Assembly (NCBI GenBank): GCA_003135555.1
Contig: PLCF01000026.1
Coordinates: 196 to 20,450 of the forward strand
Length of the DNA stretch: 20,255 nucleotides
Direction: 5' to 3'
From: Vulcanimicrobiota bacterium
GTDB taxonomy: Bacteria; Vulcanimicrobiota; Vulcanimicrobiia; Vulcanimicrobiales; Vulcanimicrobiaceae
Position 1 is the first letter of the stretch. Each line of letters begins with the position of its first letter. Of the stretch, positions 6,179 through 14,600 are shown piece after piece. The notes below the pieces were generated by a model. It was not told the origin of the DNA and did no database searches. It saw only the letters and a list, made by a program, of their open reading frames with translations. The position numbers and the translations under genes were made by a program.

Positions 6179-7788
6179 GTTCCGCGACCGATCACGCGCA
6201 GCGGGCGGTCGCGGCGCGCCAGCAGCCATTCGGCCTGCTCGACGAGCGCCTCGCGTCCGACCTCGCGCAGGACCTGGGCCTGACCCGTGGACTCGCCGCC
6301 GGCGCGGTGATGCAGCTGATGCAGCGCGCGATCGAAGACGCTGAACATGCGGTCGTAGCGCTTTGCGTTCGCCGAATACCCTCGTTTGTCGGCGTAGCTC
6401 GCGAACAGCGCAGCCGCCGCCCCGACGAGCGCCGCGAACGACGCGGCCCAATGCTGCGCGCTCACCGCCATCGCGCCGAAGAGCGAGCTGAACGGCGGCA
6501 GCAGCAGGATCGCGACGACGACGATCGATCCCACGCCGATCCATTGCGAAACCTTGCCGATCCGCTGGTAGACTTGGGCGCGACGTTGATCGCGCGTCGC
6601 GGCGCGATGGTAGTACCGCCACTGCTCGCGCACCCAGTCCAAGGCGAGGCGCTCGTTGCGCGCCTGCGGTGTAAGCGATTCCACGAACGCCGCCGAGCGA
6701 AGCACCATCCGGATCCATTGCAGCTCGCTCTGCTGCATCCGCATATAGTACGGATCGACGAACTCCTCGCCGCCGACCGCGTTCCAAGCGATCTGGACGC
6801 GCAACCCCTCGCTGACCGCGCGGTAGTCTTGATAGCGGTTTTCAAGGTCGGCGCCGCGCACGATACGATACGCGATGAACGCCGCGACCAGCGTGGCGAT
6901 CTTGACTGGCTCGGGCCCCAACGTGTCGCCGAATCCGAGCTGCGCAGCGATCGCGATCAGGGCGAGGGCGTAAAGCACCCGGAGCTGTGAGAGCGCACGT
7001 CCCTGCAGCCGGTTCGCCGTTCGGTCGGTTCGCGCCATCAATCCAGGCAGCCCGGCGGCTGCGGGCGACTCGGCCGTCGCGGCGAGATCCGCATTGAAGC
7101 GATCGAGCAGCCCGATCGCCGCGTCGAAGCTCGCTCGCGCTTTCCGGTCGCCGGAGAAACGCCGCGGATAGCGGCGCTGGACCGAGAACGTTGCGTCCGG
7201 CCGCGGCTTGCCTAGGCGCGACGTGACGATTTGGAAGACCGGCGTCGGATCGGGCTGATGACGCTCGTCGATGCTCGAGGCCCACCGCGTCGACGCAAGT
7301 CCCGTCTCGCGGAGCTGCACGATGCCGGCGGTCGCCCCAGGCGCCGGCGACGTCGCGCCGTCCCAAAGCGCGATGAGGATGTGGCTGTGGAATGCGAGGT
7401 ACCAGCCCGTCGCGGCCTCGCCCCCGGTATCCGCCTCCGCGTGCGCGACGACCGAGACGTGCGAGCAGCGAGCCAAGACTGCGCGCAGACGCGCCGCATC
7501 GGCCGGCGTGAGGTCGCGTTCGTACGTCTCGGGCGACATCGCCATGCACCCGATGACGGCGAGTCCCGCGTCGAGCGCGACCTCGGCCGACAGCAGCCCG
7601 GCGCCGCGGCGCAGCAACGAAAGCACGACGAGGCGCGTGTGCGGCACGCTCCGCGCGACGTCGTCGAGCAACGCGCGCAAGGCAGCGCGCATCGCAGGCT
7701 CGTCGGCTGGTACGATCTCGCGATGGCCGGTGATCCCCACCACGAGCGCAGCGCCATCCGATGAAAACGCCGGCGGTGCCTGCTCCAC
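6175..7788 (-). CDS. SLOG (YpsA-like) nucleotide-binding domain fused to SLATT-type transmembrane modules
   Basis: N-terminal VVGITGHR...VVLSLLRRGAGLL.AEVAL...HILIALWDG...PGATAGIV matches the SLOG fold motifs (TGHR, G-A-D loop, WDG..GGT). The C-terminal half has two 2-TM hairpins, each followed by a conserved-looking helix (YQDYRAVSEGLRVQIAW; WVREQWRYY; VGREALVEQAEW), typical of SLATT/DUF4231-like modules. Start uncertain: GTG 7788, 7833 or 7842. Confidence 0.75.
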   Translation of the reverse strand: MEQAPPAFSSDGAALVVGITGHREIVPADEPAMRAALRALLDDVARSVPHTRLVVLSLLRRGAGLLSAEVALDAGLAVIGCMAMSPETYERDLTPADAARLRAVLARCSHVSVVAHAEADTGGEAATGWYLAFHSHILIALWDGATSPAPGATAGIVQLRETGLASTRWASSIDERHQPDPTPVFQIVTSRLGKPRPDATFSVQRRYPRRFSGDRKARASFDAAIGLLDRFNADLAATAESPAAAGLPGLMARTDRTANRLQGRALSQLRVLYALALIAIAAQLGFGDTLGPEPVKIATLVAAFIAYRIVRGADLENRYQDYRAVSEGLRVQIAWNAVGGEEFVDPYYMRMQQSELQWIRMVLRSAAFVESLTPQARNERLALDWVREQWRYYHRAATRDQRRAQVYQRIGKVSQWIGVGSIVVVAILLLPPFSSLFGAMAVSAQHWAASFAALVGAAAALFASYADKRGYSANAKRYDRMFSVFDRALHQLHHRAGGESTGQAQVLREVGREALVEQAEWLLARRDRPLRVIGRGT

Positions 7789-7792
7789 GCCT

Positions 7793-7806
7793 CCTGCGTA
7801 CGCAGG
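7793..7806. promoter_or_regulatory. Perfect 14-bp palindrome CCTGCGTACGCAGG at the 5' end of the SLOG-SLATT gene
   Basis: Self-complementary sequence read directly; it overlaps a minus-strand AGGAGG just before GTG 7788. Function not established. Confidence 0.35.
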
Positions 7807-7859
7807 CGCAGTCCCCCGCTCCTCCGCACGCACGGTCTGCACGCCGTTGCCGGACCCGG

Positions 7860-8684
7860 TCAGGTTTCGATCGGCGTATCGGTGGCCTTTCCCCACTCCG
7901 CCCACGAGCCGTAGTAGACGCGAACGTCGCGGTATCCGAGGAGATACGTCAACGCGAACCACGCCTGGCTGGCCCGATTGCCGATCGTGCAATAGGTGAC
8001 GACCTCGGATTGCGCCGTGACGCCGCGATCTTGCAAGGTCTGCCGCATCTCGTCGGCGTTCCTGAAACTACCGTCATCGGTGCGCAGCAGCTCGATCGGG
8101 ACGTGCACGGCGCCCGGTATGTGCCCCGCGCGTCCGGCCCCTTCGGTCGCGCCGGACGGCCAGAACCGTTCGCCGTCGTACTCGGCCTGCGAGCGCGTAT
8201 CGAGGATCAATGGAGTCGGCCGGCCGATCGTCTCCCGTACGCTCTCCTTCGACGAGAACAACGCGTTCGGCGCGGCGAGCGCGTAGTGCGAGGGCGCGAA
8301 CGCCGGAACATCCGTGGACCACGTTCGGCCCGCGGCGATCCACTGGTCGCGCGAGCCGTCCATCAAGCGCACCCGATCGTGTCCGTGCGCCTTGAGCAGC
8401 CAGAAGCCGAGGTGAGCGCCGTAGCCGTAACAGACGACCGTCGTATCGGGAGTCACTCCGGATTTGCGCAGGACGTCTTGCAACTCGGCGGCGTTTACCG
8501 GGCGGTAGTCGGGGTGGCGCAAATCGGTGTACGCATTCCAGAGCGCGGCCCCGGGAATGTGCCCGGCGTTGTACGCCGATGCGCTGACATCGATCTCCAC
8601 GATCCGCACGGACGGATCGTCGATGCGCGCCGCGATCCAGGCTGCGTCGACGCGTCCATCCGGGGAAGTATCAGCAGATTCCAC
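7860..8684 (-). CDS. Two-domain rhodanese-family sulfurtransferase (thiosulfate/3-mercaptopyruvate type)
   Basis: YNAGHIPGA, VVCYG, LDTRSQAEYDG, GHIPGA, active-site loop YCTIGNRAS, C-terminal VYYGSWAEW. AGGAGG lies 5 nt before GTG 8684. Confidence 0.93.
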   Translation of the reverse strand: MESADTSPDGRVDAAWIAARIDDPSVRIVEIDVSASAYNAGHIPGAALWNAYTDLRHPDYRPVNAAELQDVLRKSGVTPDTTVVCYGYGAHLGFWLLKAHGHDRVRLMDGSRDQWIAAGRTWSTDVPAFAPSHYALAAPNALFSSKESVRETIGRPTPLILDTRSQAEYDGERFWPSGATEGAGRAGHIPGAVHVPIELLRTDDGSFRNADEMRQTLQDRGVTAQSEVVTYCTIGNRASQAWFALTYLLGYRDVRVYYGSWAEWGKATDTPIET

Positions 8685-8889
8685 GGCTACCTCCTGGTCC
8701 CCGAGCCTTTGGACGGCGGCTTGCGTTTTCCCATCCGCGAGCGAGCGGGCGCACGTTCCAACCCACCGCCTGGTATGCCGAGGACATCGCGTTCTTCGCG
8801 GAATACAACCGAATTCGCGAGGAGTGGTTCGGCCCTCACGGACCCGGCGATGCACAACTCGCCGAATACTTCGGACAGCTGGAGAGCAC

Positions 8890-9912
8890 GTGAGCAAGCC
8901 GAGAGTCCTCTACGTATTGGTCCAATACCCTCAGCTGTCCGAGACGTACATCCGTGCGGAGATCGAGGCGATCCGCGCCGACTTCGACGTTGAGATCATC
9001 TCCTTGATACCCGCCGATTACCCCTACGCGAACTACTTCCCGTTCAAGCTTCTTCCGACGCGCGCCGAGATCCAGAGCGAGATCGAGCGCTTCCGCCCGC
9101 ACCTCGTGCACACGCATTGGCTACACACGCAACTGGAGCTCGTGATCGATCTTTCGCGCGCGAACGGCATCCCGTTCACGGTGCGTTCGCACTCCTTCGA
9201 CACGCTCTTCGACGCCGTACCGCAGCACCTCGCGGCTTCGGTCGAGGCGCTCAACAGCGACCTCTGCCTAGGAGTGTTGACGCTTCCGTTTGCAGTGCAG
9301 CGGCTGCGCAACGCGGGCATCGACGCCCGTAAGATCAAGGCCGTCTATCCGGCCGTCCAATACGCGGAGTTCCTCGACCGCGGCCCCAACGGCGACGCGG
9401 TGATGAACGTCGGAGCATCACTGCCCAAGAAGAAGTTCGAAGACTTCGTCGCGCTCGGCGCTGCGCTCCCGGGTGTCGAGTTCAACCTCTATTCGATCGG
9501 GTACCTATCCGATTCGATCCGTGCCGTGAACGAGGCGCACGGGAGCCCCGTGAACGTTCGGCGCCCGGTCGAACCGAGCGAGATGCCCGCGGTCTACAAG
9601 GCGCACCGCTGGCTGGTGGTGACAGCCGACAAGTCGATGGGAACCGTGGGCTGGCCACTGTGCATCGCCGAGGCGCAAGCGAGCGGCGTGGGCGTCTGCG
9701 TGCCGAACTTGCGCGAGGACTTGAAGGACTACGTCGGAGCGAGCGGCTTCTTCTACGACTCGATCGACGAGGTTCGCGAGATCATCTCGCGACCGTATCC
9801 GGACCACATGCGCGAAGCGGGGTACGTGCAGGCGCGCAAGAGCGACATCGGCATCCATAAGTCGGTGCTCACCGACCTCTGGGAATCTGCTACGCCTGCT
9901 GCGCTGAGGTAG
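8890..9912 (+). CDS. Glycosyltransferase, GT-B fold (family 4, WcaL-like)
   Basis: YPQLSETYIRAEI (FPxxSETFI-like), PHLVHTHW, IPFTVRSHSFD, KKKFEDFV, GWPLCIAEAQASG. GGAG precedes GTG 8890. Confidence 0.85.
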   Translation: MSKPRVLYVLVQYPQLSETYIRAEIEAIRADFDVEIISLIPADYPYANYFPFKLLPTRAEIQSEIERFRPHLVHTHWLHTQLELVIDLSRANGIPFTVRSHSFDTLFDAVPQHLAASVEALNSDLCLGVLTLPFAVQRLRNAGIDARKIKAVYPAVQYAEFLDRGPNGDAVMNVGASLPKKKFEDFVALGAALPGVEFNLYSIGYLSDSIRAVNEAHGSPVNVRRPVEPSEMPAVYKAHRWLVVTADKSMGTVGWPLCIAEAQASGVGVCVPNLREDLKDYVGASGFFYDSIDEVREIISRPYPDHMREAGYVQARKSDIGIHKSVLTDLWESATPAALR

Positions 9913-10840
9913 CTTCGTGCCGGGCCACCGACCCGGCAAGCTGACGGACGTACCCCGCCGCCAGCTGCATCGGGTTTAGGATCGCAGCGTTGCCGTAGCG
10001 CCAGATCGGAACGGGCGCGAGCGGGTCGTACGTCAGCGTCGGGTCGGTCGGCGTGCCGGCGTCGTCGGCGTAGTTCAGCGCGATCTCGTACACGTCGTCA
10101 TCACTCCATGCCGGCGCCGATTCGAGCTTATCGAACAGCCGCCGCTGATGCCAGCCCATGCCCATGCCCACGCCGTCGTGTCCCATCGCGAGATAGGCGC
10201 CCCACCCCAGCAGCACCTTTCCTTGGATCTGGGCCAGGCTGCGCACGGGGAAATGCGCGAGGGCCGCGTCCGCCAGCAGTTCGGACGGCGCGGTGCCGCG
10301 TGCGTCGAACGCATAATGGTTCCCTTGAGAGATCGCGAAGTCTCCGCGTTGTGCGTATCCACGCGAGAGCACGCATTTGGTGTACGCGGGGCTCGCCTCG
10401 ACCAACCGCCGGTGACGGATGCGTTCGAGAACGCGCGGCACGTCGGCCGGATCGCGCGGTGTCGGAACGTACGTGAGCCAGGACAGGCGCCCGTTCTGCC
10501 CAGGCGAGAGCGCAGCCAGCGATCCCTCGAGGGCGTTACGGTCGGTGACCTTTACGAACTCGTCGGCGTCGAGGAGAAAGAGAAAATCCCAGTCCGATTC
10601 CGCCGCGGACTGACGGGCGACGCGGGTCACGGTTTCGTATTGCCGCTTCGGCAATAACGGATCGTGCAGGATCGTGACCGCAAGACCTTCGGCGCGCAGC
10701 GCTTCGAGAACGGGCAACGTTCCATCGAACGAGGCGTTATCGACGACGGTCAGCGCATCCAGATAGCTGAGGTTATGGCGCACGAACTCCTCGATGACAT
10801 CGCCTTCGTTCTTGACGCGCGCCAGCCCATGCAGCTTCAA
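9890..10840 (-). CDS. Glycosyltransferase family 2 (GT-A)
   Basis: VKNEGDVIEEFVRHN, VVDNASFDGT, DxD motif in FLLDADEF, QGNH, HFPVRS. TTG start; overlaps the convergent GT4 gene by 23 nt. Confidence 0.88.
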   Translation of the reverse strand: MKLHGLARVKNEGDVIEEFVRHNLSYLDALTVVDNASFDGTLPVLEALRAEGLAVTILHDPLLPKRQYETVTRVARQSAAESDWDFLFLLDADEFVKVTDRNALEGSLAALSPGQNGRLSWLTYVPTPRDPADVPRVLERIRHRRLVEASPAYTKCVLSRGYAQRGDFAISQGNHYAFDARGTAPSELLADAALAHFPVRSLAQIQGKVLLGWGAYLAMGHDGVGMGMGWHQRRLFDKLESAPAWSDDDVYEIALNYADDAGTPTDPTLTYDPLAPVPIWRYGNAAILNPMQLAAGYVRQLAGSVARHEATSAQQA

Positions 10841-10924
10841 CGAAGTGACGCGTTACAACACTTCCAGACGGCAACCTCCCAACGCCCAGCCGCTGATTCC
10901 GGCCCGGCGGCGCAGTTCACCCGC

Positions 10925-11131
10925 TCAAGAGAAGCGGAACCGCAGCGCAGCGGTGGTTCTCACCGGGCGATGCTGCGCGCACGACACGAGCCTCAGGTCG
11001 TAGAAATCGTCACCTTCCGCGGCGCACCCGCACGGCCATGAAACCGCCGCATGTGGTCCGTGCGCGCACTCGACGGCGAGCCGGTTGGGACGCCCCACCA
11101 GGGCGGTCAATTCGCGAAGCGTAGTCCGCAA
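10925..11131 (-). CDS. Small Cys/His protein (68 aa), W-x-CGC...C-x2-H, putative metal-binding
   Basis: GGAGGTG precedes TTG 11131; VSWPCGCAAEG...LRLVSCAQH. Paralogous to 11280-11519. Confidence 0.7.
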   Translation of the reverse strand: MRTTLRELTALVGRPNRLAVECAHGPHAAVSWPCGCAAEGDDFYDLRLVSCAQHRPVRTTAALRFRFS

Positions 11132-11279
11132 GGTCGTCACCTCCGGAGAGCACGGGTATCGATCGTACGCGGCACGTTCGCGCCCGGTCTGCCTGCGACC
11201 GTACATTGCACCGCCCGCCGCCGGTAGGTGTGCCCATCCTCACAGCGGCGCAGCGCCGCGCGAGAAGCCGGCGCCGCGT

Positions 11280-11519
11280 TTAGCCGATCATCCAGTCTCC
11301 GGCGAACTCGGGGACGAACCGGCCGCGCTCTTCGGACGCCGGCGTGCCGTGATCGGGGCAGGCCCGCAGGCTCAGCTCGCGCATCGTCTCGCCGTCGGCA
11401 TGGCAGCCGCAACGCCAGCGTACGCCGACATCTCCGCTACCCTCGCTGAGCCGCGGAAGGTTGATGACGAAGCGGATGGGGCGTCCCAGGCGCTTCAGCA
11501 AGGTGGCGTAGGTCGGCAC
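11280..11519 (-). CDS. Small Cys/His protein (79 aa), W-x-CGC...C-x2-H, putative metal-binding
   Basis: GGGGGA precedes GTG 11519; VRWRCGCHADG...LSLRACPDH. Paralogous to 10925-11131. Confidence 0.72.
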   Translation of the reverse strand: MPTYATLLKRLGRPIRFVINLPRLSEGSGDVGVRWRCGCHADGETMRELSLRACPDHGTPASEERGRFVPEFAGDWMIG

Positions 11520-11656
11520 GGCTTTGTCCCCCCGAAGAGTTCGCTCGATGGTTCGAGACTACGGCTCCGGGGGCGACGATCCCATACCTGAAACCGGGTA
11601 CCGTCCCCGGAGCCCAGGCTGCCACCGGCTCGGCCGCAAGTCAACTAAGAAAATAG

Positions 11657-14600
11657 TTAGAATCGGCCCGCGACCGCCTCGAAGCCGCAGAAGGCCGCGA
11701 CCGATCGCAGTTGCTCGACGCTCGAAGCTCGGGTCTCGAACAGCCGCGGCGAGCAGACCAGCACGGCCAGAGCGCGACCGCGCGACAGCGCCACGTTGAA
11801 GCGGTTCTCCTCGAACAAGAAATCCGCGCCGCGCGGGGCGTCGTCGGCGCTCGACGCCGCGACCGAGTAGATCACGGCCGGCGCTTCTTGGCCTTGGAAC
11901 TTGTCGACCGTACCGACCCGGACGCCGTCGCCGAAGCGTTTGCGCAAACGCCGCCGCAGCAGCCGCACCTGCGCGTTGTACGGCGACACCACCAGCACGT
12001 CGTGGGCGGTGATCGCGTGCTCGGCGCCGAGCCGGTCGGTGAACGTTCCCCCGATCAGCCCGCCCAGGATCTCTTCGACGGCCGCCGCCTCCTCGTCCGA
12101 AGACTGCGCGTTGGACTCGTGCACGACCGGAACGTAGCGCAGTCCCGCGCCGGCGAACCACGGCGCATCGATGCGCTGCCGCGCGCACGACGCCGCCGCG
12201 CACAACCGCCCCTCGTACACCATCTCCGAAACGAACTCGCACAGAGCCGGGTGCATGCGAAACGTGCGATCCAGAAAGACGCCGCGGTCTTCGGGGATCG
12301 TGCCGCGCGGCGCGAGGCTGCCGGGCTCGGCGAGCAAGTGCTCGAGCACCGAGGCGCCGACGCCGTCGGGATGGGTGCCGACGGAAACGTGCGCGAGCTG
12401 TAACGGATCGCCGAGCAGGATGACGTTGTCGGCGTTCGTCGCCATCGCGAGCGCGTCGGCGAGCGCGACCTGGCCGGCTTCGTCGATCACCAGATAGTCG
12501 ACGCGCGCGAGGTCGTCGCGCGAGAACAGCCACGATGTCCCCGCGACCAGCTCGTACTCGCCGAACGCTGCGTTCTTCTCGGCGTTCTCGATGAACGACT
12601 CCGGGCGAATCGACTCGAACGGCGAGTCGGGATTGGCCTTGTCGCACTTCTTGACGCCGCGGAAGACCTCGCCGCGCTCGTCGACCGCGGCCTCGACCGC
12701 GTGCAGCAGGTTGTTGATCGCCTTGTGGCTGTTCGAGGTGACGCCGACGCGCTTGCCGGCGGCGAGCAGCGTGGCGATGACGTGTGCGCCGTCGAAGGTC
12801 TTGCCGGTGCCGGGCGGGCCTTGCACCGCGAGCGCGCTGCGGTCGAGGCGCAACGCGAGGCTGGCGATGTCGGCCGGATCGATCGCTTCGGCGCCGGGAC
12901 GAATCTGCGGCTGCACCCGGTCGCCCTCGTGCAGCCCGGTGATGCGCGGCCGGGCGCGGCGCAGGATCTCCGATGCGGCGGGATACGCAACGGTCTGCGT
13001 GCCGTCGAGCGCGGCCTGCGCGAGCCGGAGCAGCGCGGCCTGCTGCACGCCGGTGTAGATCGGCCCGCCGGGCACCAGCGCGCGCGGATGCGGATCGTGC
13101 GGCCACTTCTTGACCCGCACGAGACGCGCGTCTTCGTCGACCTGCACGACCTCGAGCGCGGCGGCGTCGCGGCGGTCGACGTCGAGGAACGAGCCCGGGC
13201 CGACCTTGTGCTGCTGCACCGGAAACCGGTACGTGTACGTCGCGCGCGTCCCGCGCCGTGTCGGTTCGAGCGCTGGAAACTCGGTTGCGAGCTCGAGCTC
13301 GCCGAGCGCGTCGGAATCGTCGACGAACGTATCGTCGGGCGCGCGCTCGTAGCGGTCGAACAGCGCCCACCAGACCGGCTTCTCTTCGCGCCGGTGGTAG
13401 CCGGCGAGGTGCGCCAGCAGCTCGCGCTCCGACCCCGGCGGCGCGTCGGCCAGGAGCGCGAGCTGGACGTCGTTGAGCCGGCGCAGCTCGCGCAGCTTCT
13501 CCTCGGTGGGCAGCTTCGGGTCGCGCTCGGCGCGGAACGCGATCTCGAGCGCGTAGCTCGAACGCGCCTCGTCGCGCAGTTGCAGCAGCCACTCGTGCAG
13601 GCGGCGGGTCGAGATGCAGTCTTCTTCGTTGTACCGCACGATGTCGCGCCGGCGCGCGGGGTCGCGGTCGAGCAGGTACTCCTCGAACGCGACGATCGAC
13701 TGATCGCCCTGGCGCACGTCGGCGTCGCGTACGAACCCGTAGAACAACTCGAGCTTCTTGATCGAGTAGCCTTCCTGCGACTGCGCGAGTGCGCCCTTGA
13801 CGACCGCGTACAGATCGACCAGTACCTCGCCACGCAGCAGTTCGTCGACCTCTTCCTCGCGGGTGCCGTGCCGCATCGCGAGCCGGCGCAGCGCCGTCTT
13901 TTCGTACGCCGCGTAGTGGTAGACGTGCGCGCGCGGATGCTGCCTGCGGTGCGCCATGAGCCAGTCGACGAAACGCTCGAACGCAGCGCGCTCTTGCGTC
14001 CGCGTCTCGCCCCAGAACTCACGATACGGCTCGCGCGCATCTTCGGGGACGAACGCGCCGAACAGATATTCCAGCCCGATCCGGGGCTCGTAGAGCGGGT
14101 CGCCTTCCATGTCGAAGTACACGTCGCCGTCGGCCGGCGGCGGCAGCGCACCGAATCCGTGCAGCTCGCGCGGCGCCAGCAACTCGTACGACGGCCGGCC
14201 CGTCGCGCGCTGATGCAGCTGCAGCGATGCTTGCCGCTGCAACGTCGCGAAGGTCTTTTCCACCACCCCGGGCGGACGCGCCGCCGCGCTCGCGGTGGCC
14301 AAGCCTTCGAGCGTGGCGATGCCGCCGGCAGCGAGCCGCTGCGTTTGGTCGCGCCGTATCCCCGCCACCAGCGAGAGGTGATCGACGCCGCGCCGCACCG
14401 CATCGCACTGCGCTTCCCAACCGCACTGTCCGCACGCGGTCACGCGGTCGGGGACCGCGGCAGGGTCGAGCGTCGCGAGCGCCGCTTCGAAGCGGCGCTT
14501 GGCCGCACGCACGTACGCGACGTAACGGCTGGGGTCGTACGCCGTTTCATGGCCGTCGCCGAAGAGCGCGCGCACGCGCCGGGGCAGCGCGCCCTGGACG

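Noticed and set aside
6179..6787. N-terminal extension of the CHASE2-TIR ORF in the ORF track
   Set aside because: Overlaps the SLOG-SLATT gene in another frame and is not protein-like; the GTG at 6178 gives a coupled start followed by a TM helix.
4442..7788. Calling the locus canonical Thoeris (thsA/thsB) or CBASS
   Set aside because: No SIR2 or Macro domain and no CD-NTase are seen, and the TIR is fused to a CHASE2 membrane receptor. Only the signalling logic is similar, so no gene symbols were assigned.
8527..8897. Long overlapping N-terminal extensions of the sulfurtransferase and GT4 ORFs
   Set aside because: SD-supported starts at 8684 (-) and 8890 (+) leave a normal divergent intergenic region.
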